From the NCBI RefSeq assembly GCF_009914755.1, contig NC_060932.1: a stretch of 64,000 nucleotides of DNA. The stretch is one strand, 5' to 3'. Of this stretch, positions 47,921-61,830 are shown piece by piece. How positions within the stretch are numbered: position 1 is the stretch's first letter; each line of letters opens with the position of its first letter. The DNA comes from the human T2T-CHM13v2.0 reference genome, Homo sapiens. The notes under the pieces are model-generated. The model made no database searches. It saw nothing but the letters and a program-made list of their open reading frames with translations, and was not told where the DNA came from. The position numbers were made by a program, and so were the translations under genes.

Positions 47921-49282
47921 GAGTTAGGTGGGTCAGATGAGGCAGGGAGGAGGCATATGGAAGGATAAAGTCTGAGCTGCGTTGTAGCAAAGTGAAGGCT
48001 TACAGACTCTACAGTTGAGATTTCTCTACATAGACCTGAGGTTTTCCCACCACCTCTACACTAAGGGTACAGTGTCCTGTTCCCTCTGGAATTATAGCTG
48101 TCTTGAACATTGTAGGGCATGTCAGTGTGGAGTAATCCAAAGTGACTGAGCTGCATCTGTTGGAGTGAGTAGTATCACTCCTGCTGCGTGATCACAGGGG
48201 AAAATGCTGACTCACCTGTGACATCTCTCCTGCTCCCTACAAGGAGGGTCTGCTACCATAACCTCAAATAGAGAGAATGGTATACTTACATTTTACTGGA
48301 AGCTGATGGTAATTCGACTCCCCTATGGCCAGGAGTAAATGATTTTTAATGGTGCTTGTTTGCGTTAATTACTCAGTAAGAAAGAGAAAAAATAGTGACG
48401 CGTTATTGAAAGGTAGCAATGCAGCAGGGAAGTAATTGAGGCAGGAGGGAATATCATTCAGCTCACAAGAGGATGGATGGGATGTCTTCAGTGTGAGTAT
48501 CAACCTCTTCAGAGATTGCTGGGCAGTCGAGCAAAGCCCTTCGTGTTCATTCTGTGCAATGATGCTCCATATGGCTCTTGCTAGGTGGTAGGCCTTCTCC
48601 TTTTTGGGATTCCCTGAGATATGCTTCCCAGATTGCAGCCTCCATCTGGTAACTCTTCTCGCCTCCTCCAGCTGTCTCAGGTTTTGTCTCCACTCTCATC
48701 ACTACTGCCTAGTATGACACATAAAATCTTCTCTCTTTTTCAAGAGAACATTGTGGCTGGGCTAAGCATGTCATTTAAAGACCCAGCAAAGACATTTTTT
48801 AAAATAAAGCAGAACACTATTATTAATTACGGTGGTACAAAGAACAGTTGGGATTGTCCTGGCCTAACTAGAAGACATAATTCTCTTATTTGTGGTCCTT
48901 TATTATACAAAAAACAGAAAGGAAATGGTCTGCCACTTTTTACAGGCATTGATGGTAAAGGATTTCACTCTCTTCTCTTAATATATAAAGACAATAAAGA
49001 GATAGCAAATACTTTTTTTCCTGTTAAGCAATGTGTTTATATCCTGCCCTGTACATGTTAGCACCACTTTGGAGTAAGATTTACCTGTGGATGGCACATG
49101 AGGAATAAAGAAGAAAACACAGAAAATTCCATCGTTCTTAAAGTATTGGGATGAATGATAGTAACATGTTTGGAAACAAAGCAGTCAGAAACAAGTTTCA
49201 TTGGGTGGGAGGCAATGAGTATTGCTTTCAAGTTCAGATGTTATCCAGTTGACAGTGTTGGACTGCACATTGAGAGGGAGGT

Positions 49283-49990
49283 ATGTCGGATCAGGCTACT
49301 ATGTCAAAATATATAAACTGGGTGGCTTATTGTATTAGTTTCTTTTTATGCTGCTGATAAAGACATACCTGAAACTGGGAACAAAAAGAGGTTTCATTGG
49401 ACTTACAGTTCCACATGGCTGGGGGAAGCCTCAGAATCACAGCAGGAGGCGAAAGGCACCTCTTCCATGTTGGCACCAAGAGAAAAATGAGGAAGGAAAA
49501 GGGGACACCGCTGAAAAGCCCATCAGAGCTTGTGAGACTTATTCACTATTGCAAGAACAGCATGGGAAAGACCGGCCCCGTGAAATAACTCCCTGTGGAT
49601 CCCTCCCATAACCTAAGGGAATTCTGGGAGATAACATCCAAGTTGAGATTTGGGTGGGGACACAGCCAAACCATATCACTTATAAACAACAGACATTTAT
49701 CATAGTTGTGGAGGCTGAGAAGTCCAAAATCAAGGTGCCAGCAGATTTCAGGTGTGCTGATACCCTACTCTCTGGTTCAGAAGTGACCATCTTCTCACTG
49801 TGCCTCCTATGGCTTTAATGGACCAGTTCTCTGCCAGGGTGTCTTTTACACTGGCACTGCTTTCATTCATGAGGGCTACACCTTCATGCCTAATCACCTC
49901 TCAGATAACTTACCTCCAAATACTATCATACTGAGAATTTAAGCTTCAACATACAAATTTTAGGAGACACAAAAAATTAGTCTATAGCCA
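49283..49990 (-). mobile_element. MLT1A-like LTR split by THE1A
   Basis: ataaactgggtggcttat | aaacaacagacattt...ggaggctgagaagtccaaaatcaaggtgccagcag...gtctatagc. Confidence 0.8.
49331..49678 (-). mobile_element. THE1A solo LTR
   Basis: gggaacaaaaagaggttt...ggaggcgaaaggcac...cagccaaaccatatca; perfect 5-bp TSD CTTAT. Confidence 0.93.
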
Positions 49991-50356
49991 TGGGCAAAAA
50001 TGGAGATTTAATTTGCACATTTTTGTTTAAAGACAGAGTTGGAAATGAAATATAGATATAGATGGAGAGGAAAAAAGAAGAGACATTGAGTAATGCTCAT
50101 ATGTACAGCACAAAAGAAGGAAGAGCTAACAACAGTGAAAAAGGAAGTGCAAAAGTGATGGGGTGCAAAAAAAAAGCCAAATCCAGAGAGCTGCTGCAAC
50201 TTTTCCCTGCTCTATCCTCGATACCACCATCTCCTAAAGAGAAATACCAAAAAGCATCATGATTGCTAAACACAGACATCTGGTTGAACCGTAAGTGAGA
50301 GAAGCAATGTGGAAAAATTGCAGATAAATTCAAAGATGGCAGAGATTCCCATATTA

Positions 50357-50394
50357 TTAGGTTAGTGCAAACGTAATTGCAGTTTTTGCCATTA
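50357..50394 (+). mobile_element. Half MADE1 (single Hsmar1-type TIR)
   Basis: ttaggttagtgcaaacgtaattgcagtttttgccatta versus MADE1 arm TTAGGTTGGTGCAAAAGTAATTGCGGTTTTTGCCATTA; preceded by TA. Confidence 0.85.
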
Positions 50395-51035
50395 GATAAT
50401 AGGAAAAGAGCATTGAGCTTGAGAGCTGGTTTCTTTGTTGTTGTTGTTAAAAATGGGACTTGGTAAAGATGCTTTCAATTTTATAACTGTAAGATGGAAA
50501 TAATTTTGTGCAGCTTGTATCCTGGAGCTGCTAAATCACTTAAAGTATTACAAAGAACGTGTTTTATGATGAAAACGTAATAAAACTCTATAATATGACA
50601 GAGAAATATTATACTGCAGAGGTATAAAAAAGGCAGATGTTGCTGTCAATTTCCTTAGCTTTAAAAGTCATAGGTTTGTGTGATTTTTTTTTATATGAAA
50701 AACAAAGATGAGAGAAATGTGACATAGTAGGAACATGGGTTTGGAATTGAATGAAATTGGACATTCCTCTTGGTTGTGCCATTGCTTTGTTTAGAAATAT
50801 TGGACAAGTGAAGAAAGTCTGTGACACAGTTTCCTCCCCTGTAAACTGACTCTCATGGAATGGAGAGAAGAAACATTTAGTGGGAATTCAGGTGAGGTGC
50901 AGAGGCTGTTAGGATGGTTACTTTTATATGGGCTGTGGTGAGAAGGATGGACTGCTTTAGGCTATGGAGAAAGAAAAAGCCAAGTGACTTTCTGATTTAT
51001 TTATAGCTAACCTTATCCAATTTACCAGGACATAA

Positions 51036-51365
<330 letters not shown>

Positions 51366-52020
51366 TACAATGAAGGTGTGAGAGTTTCTCTCAAATGTGA
51401 TCGCTAAAATGTGATCAACAACATTGAAAAGATGGAGGAAATCCAAAAATTATGTGAAATATTGAAGACAAAAAGCTCTTTCTGAGCCCTGTCCTCAGGG
51501 GTGTGAGGCACACTGGCGTCAAATCTCCTTTGAGGTTTCAGAAGGCACTGTGGAGAGGACATGCCCAGCATCAATGGGATATCTCAATGATCATAGTACG
51601 CAGGAATAATATGATTTTAAAGGAAACAGAGAAGCTTGAGATTTTCACACGTAAATATTAACCATAGACACCCGATCACACAGCTTTCAGGGCTAAAGTT
51701 GCTTTCAAATGAGAGCACTGATGGATCACTTACCTTCTCGGGTCTTTATGTCATTTTTTTTTCAAGTAAATCAATTTTATTCTACCACTATATTTTTAAA
51801 CCCACTCTGAAAAATCGTATAAATTACAATTTTCATTTGTCATGATAAATTTGTACCAATATATTATTTTGCCTATTGGAAAAGCAAGAATTTCACAAAA
51901 CAGCTGAGAATTGTCAATTTAGCTTATATAACTTGCTCAAAAATGTTTCTAACTCTCAACTTTTCAACGTATGTATCTAAAATTTTTATTGTTATGTTAG
52001 AGCAGTTCAAATAGAAAAAT

Positions 52021-52453
52021 ACATAGAATAAGGTAATAGACATCCTTGTACTCTATCAGTACATAGAATAAGGTAATAGACATCCCTGTGCTCTATCGTA
52101 CATAGAATAAGGTAATAGACATCCCTGTACTCTATCAGTACGTAGAATATGGTAATAGACTTATCGGTACTCTATCAGTACATAGAATAAGGTACTACAC
52201 ATCCCTGTACTCTATCAGTACATAGAATAAGGTACTAGACATCCCTGTACTCTATCAGTACATAGAATATGGTAATAGACATCCCTGTACTCTATCAATA
52301 CATAGAATATGGTAATAGACATCCCTGTACTCTGTAAGTGCATAGAATAAGCTAATCGTCATTCCTGTACTCCATTGGTACATAGAATAATAGGCATCCC
52401 TGTACTCTATCAGTACATAGTTTAAGGTAATACACTTCCCTGTACTGTATCAG
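52021..52453. repeat. Minisatellite, about 11 x 40 bp (ACATAGAATAAGGTAATAGACATCCCTGTACTCTATCAGT)
   Basis: Head-to-tail units counted directly; no spacers. Confidence 0.97.
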
Positions 52454-53686
52454 GTTTCAACACACGTTAATACTTTGATTTGTTTCACATCTTTCCTAAA
52501 AAGTAAAAAAATCACAGAAAAAAATTTTCTGATTGTTTCATTTTGGAATTTCCTTTTTAAAAACAGTTAGATGCTGTTTATTGGATAGACATTAGATTTG
52601 GTGAAATGATTACAAAAATTTAGTTAGCACACCATGGGCTTCACCTAGGTATCACTCTGTTTTGTTTTGTTCTGTTTTGTGGTGAGAACATTTAAGTAAA
52701 TAACATCTTTAAAGCAAGAAAATGAGCAGGAGAATGGCTATTCCCAAGGGAGATAGCTCTGGAAAGGTGTTTCTGTTTGTCTTGGACAGCAGAATCTATG
52801 AGAGAAAAAGAGAGCACTGTTTGAAGACTTTCCAGTGCTCCTGCGTGTTACGCTGTGTTGAATGTTGCAGTCTCCGCAGCACGAAATTTATTTCTGGGCT
52901 GAAACCCAAGAGTTCAACTGTGGGCAGTGTGTTCTCACAACTTATTGCATCAGTTGTTCACTCAGGTTGTCAAGGTTTGCAAAATGTTCCTTAAAGTAAC
53001 TAACAGACCATCCTCCGTGATCAGTTAAAGCTCCCCTCAGCCCACACTCTCTTATGTCTAGAGACCACAAGTTTCTGTCCCACTGAGGCAACCGAGAAGG
53101 TGCAGCCCTGTACGTCAGCCTCAGCCTGAAGGATGAGCCCCCTCAGCTTCCAGCCCATCGACCTCAGCATCTCCGTGGCCCTTCTCTGACTTGACTTGTG
53201 ATGGTGAATGCCAGGGTAGCAGAGGCCCTGGGAGTCCTTGCCCCTGACAAAGGCACAGGCAGAGTTAGAAGGAGGCAGGCCAAGTATTGGTGGGTGTCTA
53301 GGATCAGTCAAGTCTTTGGCCTTTCAAGAAGCCAAGGCTAAACTGGGGATTGAAACTCAGCAAGAACATCCCCAGAGCTGACCTCACACCTGGCATTTTT
53401 ATTACTTGTTTCTTCCTATTTTCTGCTGGGCTGTTGATTGTTACTTACCACCATGTGTCTGACCTTCAGCTTCTTCAGTTTCCCTGTCTTGTGACCCCCC
53501 ACCTGTGTTATTTACCTTTCTACTCTGAGCTCCAACACAGCAGGCACCTCGACTCCTCGACTGTTGTGTGCCAGTGATTTCTGGTGTTTGGCAGGTAGCA
53601 GATGCTCAGCCATTTATAAAAGACGAGGTGGAAGGAACAAAAAGGGGTGAGGAGGAAGAAAAGGAGCAAAGAATGAAGTAAGGAAG

Positions 53687-54063
53687 TGTCCTCGGGCAGT
53701 CTTCATTGCTATAAAGAAATATTTGTGTCTGGGTCATTTATGGAGGAAAGAAGTCTAACTGGCTAACGGTTCTGCAGGCTGTACAGGAAGCATGGCACCA
53801 ACACCTGCTCAGCTTCTGGTGAGGCGTCGGGAAGCTTCCGATCATGGCATAAAGCAAAGCAGGGGCAAGGGAGAAAAAAGTGCCACACGTTTGTAAACAA
53901 GCAGGTCTCAGGAGAACTCACTCAGTGTCCTGAGGACAAGACCAAGTTATTTATGAGGGATTTGCTCCCATGATCCAAGCACCTCCCACCAGTCCCCATC
54001 TCCAACACTGGGGATCAGATTTCACCATGGGACTTGGTGGAGACAAATATCCAAACCAAATCA
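53687..54063 (-). mobile_element. MSTA/MSTB solo LTR
   Basis: cattgctataaagaaata...ggttctgcaggctgtacaggaagcatgg...atatccaaaccaaatca; TSD ggaag/ggaaa. Confidence 0.88.
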
Positions 54064-54217
54064 GGAAATAACAGAAATAAGGAAAGAGGAAGAAAATGAA
54101 TAGTCCTTGTTCAGGTAATACTTGACACAGTCACCATTCATAGAGTAGTTTCCAGTATTTCCATATTCTTGCAAATAGTTTCACTTACCATTGGAGTGAG
54201 AATCAGATGAAGATGTG

Positions 54218-54536
<319 letters not shown>

Positions 54537-54857
54537 TTAATTCTTCCTAGATATCAAAATTAGGAGCAGGAATAAACACTACTCAACATTTTTAGTAGAT
54601 AATCGAAAAAATACCTCTCACTATGTATTGCAGGAATATTTTTCACATTCAAATTCTGACATCAGTTGGCTACGGAAGTTTGCCTGACTAAACTGAACTG
54701 CTTACGATTTTGGGTGAAAGAGAATGGCTTGAGGACTGTTTGAGGCTGGAGTAGTTACATCTGCTTGATATGGTTTGAGTCTGTGTCCTCGTCCAAATGT
54801 GGAATTGTAATTCCCAGTGTTGGAGATGGGGCCTGGTGGGAGGTAATTAGATCATGA

Positions 54858-55624
54858 TGTGTCTGAAATGTATTCCTTATGGTGGGTTCTTGGTCTCACT
54901 GACTTCAAGAATGGAGCTGCAGATGTTTGTGGTGAGTGTTACAGCTCTTCAAGATGGTGTGTCCGGAGTTTGTTTCTCCAGATGTTCAGATATGTCCAGA
55001 GTTTCTTCCTTCTGATGGGTTCGTGGTCTTGCTGACTTAAGGAGTGAAGTCGCAGACCTTCGCAGTGAGTGTTACAGCTCTTAAAGGTGGCATGTCCAGA
55101 GTTGTTTGTTCCTCCCGGTAGGTTCGTGGTCTCACTGACTTCAGGAATGAAGCTGCAGACCGTCATGGTGAGTGTTATAGCTCATAAAGGTAGTGTAGGC
55201 ACAAAGAGTGAGCAGTAGCAAGATGTATTGTGAAGAGCGAATGAACAAAGCTCCCACAGCTTGGAAGGGGACTTGAGTAGGTTACCACTGCTGGCTGGGG
55301 TGGCCAGCTTTTATTCCCTAATTTATCCCCGCCCATGTCCTGGTGATTGGTCCATTTTACAGAGCGCTGATTGTTCCATTTTATGGAGTGCTGATTGGTG
55401 CATTTACAATCCTTTAGCTAGACACAGAGCACTGATTGGTGTGTTTTTACAGAGTGCTGATTGGTGCATTTACAATCCTTTAGCCGTAGAGCGCTGATTG
55501 GTGCGTTTAGAATCCTTCAGGTAGGCACAGATGGCTGATTGGTGTGTTTAGAATCTTCTAGCTAGACAGAAAAGTTCTCCAAGTCCCCATTCCACCTAGG
55601 AAGTCCAGCTGGCTTCACCTCTCA
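54858..55624 (-). mobile_element. LTR12 (HERV9) solo LTR
   Basis: Reverse complement starts TGAGAGGTGAAGCCAGCTGGACTTCC; repeated gtgagtgttacagctctt units; ends tgtgtctgaaa. Confidence 0.95.
55300..55545 (-). promoter_or_regulatory. LTR12 U3 promoter motifs: six CCAAT boxes, GC box, AATAAAA TATA-like box
   Basis: ATTGG at about 55346, 55394, 55435, 55460, 55497 and 55538; ccccgccc at 55327; ttttatt at about 55309; activity untested. Confidence 0.65.
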
Positions 55625-56902
55625 GTGGGGTTGGGTTTCTTCTTTGGTGCTGTTCTCACAAGAGTGAGTGATTTCCCACAGCATCTAGTTGTTTAAAGTG
55701 TGTGGCACCTCCCGCCTCCCTCTCTTCCTCCTGCTCTGGCCATGCAAGACAAACCTGCTTCCCCTTCGCCTTCCTCCGTGATTGTAAGTTTCCTGAGGCC
55801 TCCCCAGCCATGCTTCCTGTATAGCTTGGGGAACCGTGAGCCAATTCAGTTTCTTTTCTTCATAATGTACCCAGTTCCAGGTATTTCTTTATAGCAGTAT
55901 GAAAATGGACAAATACACTGCTCTAGAAAGCCACGTTTCATTGCTTCTGGCTAAGTGGGGACAACCTTGGCTGGTTTGTGAATCACTTCTTTTAGCCGGC
56001 CAGCAAGATAAGACAATTGAGTCAGCTTAGTGCATTTCTAGTGAGGGAAATAAAATGAGCTGCATGCTCCAAGTTGATTTGGTGTAGGAGATGCATTCAT
56101 ATATAAGTGCTAAGGATGCGGTAGCACTTAATATGTAAAACCTTTGCAAAGTTTTCCCACAATAAGCAATAGCCACAGAATTAGATTAACTGTTCAATAA
56201 GTTATTAGGTGCCTACAGGAAACTCCCATGGCATAAGACAAAACACCATTTTTATAATATTAATGAAAAATAGGGCAGAGGGGAGTGAGGTGGACTTATT
56301 TTGAATACCAGCATAACACCATAGGGCGCTACATGAATAGGTAATCTATCTTGCAAATTAGAGATAAACATTTAGTTTCTAATTTATATGTCTGGAAGTC
56401 CGGGAGAGGACTTAAAACAGTGCCACAATCTCTGTTGATAGCTCCCAAATCAGCTAAATTCAGTAACTAATTAACTTTGCATTAGCAGTTTGAAAAATGG
56501 GCCACTAACCAATTCTGTAGGAATGAGGTAGGCTGTTCATTAAAAGTTGCAAATTGAAATTCCCTTAAAATATCTTATGAACAAGGATTCTTGAAAGCAG
56601 TGGGGGTCACACGCTCCCCTCACAATCGCTGAGTGCAGTGTGCAAGCCCTTCTCATGATGAACATGGGCCCAGGTGAAAGAAGGAAGGCAAGTGTGCTTG
56701 TACCGCGTTACTCGCCTTCCAGACCTGCTTGTCCTTGGTCAGAAAAGTGACATAGATCATGGATGCTGCAAGGAGGAAGGCAGATGGCAAGGACAGTGTT
56801 ACTACTGGTGTTTGCCTTTGACTTTCACAGTACAGACCATATGGCTTCAGCTGAGCTCAGAGGAAAAATGTCTCAGAGCTCCCCAGAAAGCATAAGCCAT
56901 TT

Positions 56903-57142
56903 TTATATACATAATATAAAGTATATATGTGTATATATATATAATATATATAATTTCTCTATGTGTGTGTACGTATATACACACAAGTACACACAAGCAA
57001 CATATGTATACATATACGTATATGTATATGTACACATAGACCCACATCTTACATATATACATATATACACAAACATATACACACATACACACACGTACAC
57101 ATATGCACACACACATGCACACAGTGTGCACGTGTGTGCACC
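56903..57142. repeat. TA/CA/TG low-complexity dinucleotide region
   Basis: Read directly. Confidence 0.9.
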
Positions 57143-57879
57143 ACAGATTTCACAAACACACCTGTTACATGGAGGAAAGATATGCATGTAGGTCCCATTC
57201 TCTCTCAAATTCGTGACAGCAGTTTCTTTTTTTTACAGTGTATGCATATAGGGATCAACATACTTGACCTCTAATGTCCTGACCCATTTGCGTGCTGAAG
57301 AACACGCTTCATATTCTGATGTTAGCTACACAACATTCAGCCTCTTACCTCCTGTACACTCCAGTGTTATTTGTTGGATGGATGTGTTGTGTAGGGGACT
57401 GGACTGATCTCTGATATCCCTGTATATCATTTTTTGTAAATCTGCTGTGTGGATGGTGGCAAGTGATTTGCTCATCTGCACATCGGGTTACACTTACTGG
57501 TTCTGCCTAATTCACAAGAGGGCTTGGAGACTCAGACACACAGTAGCAGCATTAGAGCTCTGACACCTATAGCGCTGTGCAACCTAAAGCATTTCCAAAG
57601 TCACCCTTACAGGCCATATTTAAATCTTGGAGACCACATGTCAGCATGGCTCTGTTGGTTTTGTCTACTGTCAGAAATAAAATAAGCACTAAAGAGACCA
57701 TCACTTCCTTCCCCTGATGCCTAGTAAGAAGAGTTGCCTAATATTTTTTACTTTGAGTAGGTAAATTTATTCTCCTCTTTTTAAAGTTTTTGAAAGTGAG
57801 TCTTTTACCTTTCTAGTGTAGACACTTGTGTTATCCTGAAACTGACGTCTGTGCTGACAGTGACTTTCAGGGGCCATCC

Positions 57880-58045
57880 GCATGGTGTGGTGATTAGAAA
57901 CCAAGGCTCCATCCCATTCTGGAACAAGTGGACTGTGTTATCTTAGGCCATCCCGTGTTTTGGCTGTTGGTTTTGTTAGCATTAAAATTAAGTTGTAGAA
58001 ATAAATGATCTCAGATGTTATTCCAGCTCTAAAATTATATGATGC
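57880..58045 (+). mobile_element. MIR3-like fragment
   Basis: catggtgtggtgattagaa...aatgatctcagatgttattccagctctaaaattatatga. Confidence 0.55.
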
Positions 58046-59837
58046 TGCTAGTTTTAAACAATGGATCTGTTTGCCAGAATTAACTGCTGCTTCAGAAAAA
58101 TCTTCAGCCTTCCATGTGTAATAATTCTCATCAAAGTTCAAATAGCTCCTTTGTTAATATTGCTTGAATGTCTATGGAAAAGTAGAATGCACTCAACATT
58201 TGTGACTTCAAGGAGATTCCAAGCCCCCCACTGACTTGCTAATGATGAGTGATGAGAGGTTTTGATCCGTGTACTGGACTTGTCTTTACGTTCCTGCCAT
58301 GAGCTACCTCACCCCAGGCAAGCCATGCAAACCACTTTGCAGCTTGTTTGCACCTTAAACTTTTTTTGCAAGAATTCATTCTAAAGACATTTTTGTGAAA
58401 TAGGTCAGACTTTGTAGTCCCATCTCATGGAAAAATTAAATGCCCAAGGGACACCTTTCCCCTGAGATTCACACTTTCAGTGGAAATCAGAACCAAAAAT
58501 AAAACATCAAATGAATGATCTTCATCCAAACCAAAGGTCAAGAGCACCTAAGTCCACCAAGGGGGCCGCCCAAATCCCCAGTGCTGACAGCAGATTTTAC
58601 CATGAAGCCCCAGCAAAGTACTGTCAGGAGAAACAAAGTGTCATAAAATGATCGTTGCAACAGGTTTTTAAGAGGTTCTTTTTATCTTGTATCCACTTTT
58701 TCTACAAACTAATTTAATTTTGATTAAAACAAAGTAAAATCTCTTAGTACATAAAGTGTTTAATAAGCAAGGCCATTAAATATTATGATCCTTCTCTTCA
58801 GTTTATATCCACATGGCCTTTCATTGCATTCTACTAGAAAAAAATACAGTAATTCTGTGATATATTTTCTTGAAATAAGACCAAGCTTTCAGATATCTAC
58901 TTCGTTTCCTCTCAAAAGCAACAGCAAAATGCTTTTGTCTGTGTTACTCATTTTTACAGCTAACAAGATGATTTGCATGTCAGTTGATCCTTCAGTATTT
59001 ATATTTTTTTTTATTTTGCCTATTTGGAATGTAACAGTTCTGATGAATTTGCCATAAATTAGATAGTGAAGGAATAAAGGCATCTAACTTATCAATACCT
59101 CAGATTTTAACAGATTTTCCAAAAAAAATGCAGATACAGAGTTAAGATTCATTTTCTGTTTTCAGAGAATGAAAGAGAAAAAGGAAAAGGAAAGACAAAT
59201 GTGGAAGATATTATAAACTATAGTTTTAAGCCTATAATATGTGCTGAATTACAGTTTAAATCCTTGTGTGATAACCGTCTAGCTTAGTGTTCATAAAATG
59301 ATAGAAGGAGTTTAACAGAAAGAGAAATTAATTTCAGTTATAAGAAGAGCTTATCCACTTCAGAGAGAGATATCTTGAAGCAACAGCGTGGGTAGTTAAA
59401 TATATGTTAAAAGCAAGGAAGGCAATGTAGCATCTCCCGGCGTTAATACTCTGGTCTGCCTGACAGGGAATATTATAATAATACAGAATCAATGAAAAAT
59501 AAGGGCCCAACAGATTCAGCACCTTCTTGGTGACCAAATTGTCTCAGTGCAGTGACTCCATGCAACGTTTAACACGTGAGCAAGGTCTTGAGGGGAAAAG
59601 GAAGTGTTCAGAAAATGGTGATTTCACGTAAGTTACGAAGGCAGCCTGATTCACATAACTCACTTGTGTAATTTAACCTCTGAGAGTAAACTTATCTACG
59701 CAGTTGGAAGTACCCCGGTACTTACTTATACCATGCCTGTCATGCCAGTGCTTCTGAGTGCGTCTGAGGAAAAAAAAATAGAAGTTTATCAACAACTAGA
59801 GTGTTGAGAAATAATAAATACTTTAAAACATACTGAA

Positions 59838-60340
59838 AGTGGGACATCCTGACAATGAAATATTACTCAGTACTGAAAGGAAATAATCTATCAAGCCATA
59901 TACAAACATAAAAGAAACTTAAATATATTTAAGTAGCCAATAGGAAAAGGCTCCATACTGTGTGATTCCAATTCGATGATATTCTGGAAAAGGCAAAACT
60001 ACAGTGACAGGAAAAAGATCATGTTTGCCAGGGGTAGAGTAAGGAGAGGGATGAATAGGTGGAGGATTTTTCAGGGCAGTGAAATATCCTGTATGATATT
60101 ACAGTGGTGGGTACATGTTATCATACATGTGTCAAAACCCATTGAATGTACAATACCAAGAGTGAACCCTATGGTAAACTGTGAATTTCAGATGACAAAG
60201 AAATGTCAAAGTAGGTGATAGTGCCAAATGCACGGCTCTAGTGGGAATGTGGCCGTGGGGAGGCTGTGCTTGTGTGGGATCCGGAGGCATATGGTAACAC
60301 TCCGTACTTTCTCTTAATTTTGCTGTGAACTTAAAACTAA
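59838..60340 (+). mobile_element. L1MC1-like 3' end
   Basis: ttctggaaaaggcaaaact...gtcaaaacccattgaatgtacaataccaagagtgaacccta...ttttgctgtgaacttaaaact. Confidence 0.85.
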
Positions 60341-60689
60341 TATATTTATGTTTTATATATTTTTATTTTATAATTTTCACATATATATGAAGCTCACAAA
60401 CACATACATACGGATAGATAGATAGATAGGTAGAGATGTAGATTTACTTATTAGAATATAGACATCCAGGCTTCATTGCTATTTACATTATATTATTTAA
60501 GGCATTAGCAGTTCTACAATTTAGCCCATCTTCACAGTAGAATTTTTTTAGGCCTTCAATTCACATGTTTAGTAGACTCTGCTCAATGAGAAAATAATTA
60601 GAAAGGTTCTGCAAAAATAAGACATATCCTGTGAGTTGAATGATTGCAAAAAGCATCTACTATTTTAAAACACTGTTTTAATAGTTCGG

Positions 60690-61390
60690 AATTCGTCTAT
60701 TTGTTTATTGACAACTTAAAATGTACCCTGTACTGTTTTTGCATGAATGATCTTGAAATGACCTGAACAGAATAAAACCTGTGCGTTCCTGGACCATTCA
60801 TTCAGCCTACGCTGTTAGATAAGGTGCAAAATAGTAAAACATATACTAAGCTAGATTGCAGTAAATGCTCTGGAGCAAAATAAAGAACAGTAAAGGGATA
60901 GGGAGTGCTGTGATAAGTAGGTATAAGTTTAAATAAGCCAGTCATGAAAGGCCCTACTGAGGAAGTTATATTTATGTGAAAAGAGGATAGCAGATAGGCA
61001 ACAAGCAATTGGATATAGATGTGGATGAAAAACCATCCCAGCAGTAAATGCAGGCAATGCAATGTCTAGAAGATAAGGGTTTGCAGACCAGCAAGAAAGG
61101 TCATGCAGCTGAGCAAAGTGAGCGAGTTGAACATTGTCGGACACAAGGTCAAAAGGTGGCAGGTGAGCTTTATGGATACTGTGGTTGCTGATAGCTATGG
61201 TTGTTGAAAGAGTTTTGACTTTTACATAGAATGAGACAGGAAGCCGTTGGAAAGTTTTGAACGGGACTGAGTAACATATTACTATTTTTAGAAACATCAT
61301 TCCGAAGAACATCTGCTTTTGGTAAGACAGACTCACTTGTAGAAGAGCAAAACTTATACTGAAAACAGCTCAGGAGGCTGGGTAAATTCA
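60690..61390 (-). mobile_element. L2 3' portion
   Basis: atttgtttattgacaac...gaaggccctactgaggaag...ggaagccgttggaaagttttgaac. Confidence 0.7.
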
Positions 61391-61399
61391 AATAAAAAC

Positions 61400-61830
61400 T
61401 TACAAACAAATAATTATCTCATGTTTACAGTTTGCAAAAAATATTTATCTTTAAATTTCTTTATTTTGACCTATTTGCATCTTTGAATGTGAAAGTTGTC
61501 TCTTGAAGGTAGTATGTAGCAGGATATTTATTTTTAACTTGTTGCATAGCCTCCGCATGTTCAGTGGAGTGTCCAATTTATTAAGATTTGATATAACTGC
61601 TGATCTGATTGGAATTATGCCTACAGTTTTGCTATTTGAATTGCATGTCTTATGTCATTTTTGTTCTTTTCTTCCTTTATTTGTGTTTTCATGTGTTATA
61701 CGGATATGTTTTAGTGTCACTTTATTTCCTCGGTGGCTTCTTTTAGTCATGTCACTTTATTGTTTTAGTGGTTGCTGTAGGGATTACAATATAATTGTGT
61801 AAGTTATCAAAATCTACCACAGGTCAGTAA
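61400..61830 (-). mobile_element. Ancient L1M fragment (resumes at about 63370-64000)
   Basis: T-rich antisense L1: gtctcttgaaggtagtatgtag...tgcctacagttttgctatt...ggttgctgtagggattaca. Confidence 0.6.

Larger units (their letters stand above)
54766..55917 (+). mobile_element. MSTA solo LTR split by LTR12
   Basis: tgatatggtttg...attgtaagtttcctgaggcctccccagcc...ggacaaataca; perfect TSD CTGCT. Confidence 0.92.

Noticed and set aside
48621-49061. 146-aa ATG ORF in mostly non-repeat DNA
   Set aside because: No recognisable homology, low-information composition and a probable MITE remnant inside; this length can occur by chance in 64 kb. Ribo-seq or PhyloCSF would be decisive.
52021-52453. CRISPR array or synthetic tetO array (ctctatcagt...ataga resembles tetO at ~40-bp spacing)
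   Set aside because: Units are contiguous with no unique spacers and no cas genes. The dyad spacing and right half differ from tetO (TCCCTATCAGTGATAGAGA), units are naturally degenerate, and there is no vector sequence.
56763-57274. His/Thr/Tyr- or Cys/Val-rich ORFs
   Set aside because: Translations of CA/TA/TG dinucleotide low-complexity sequence.
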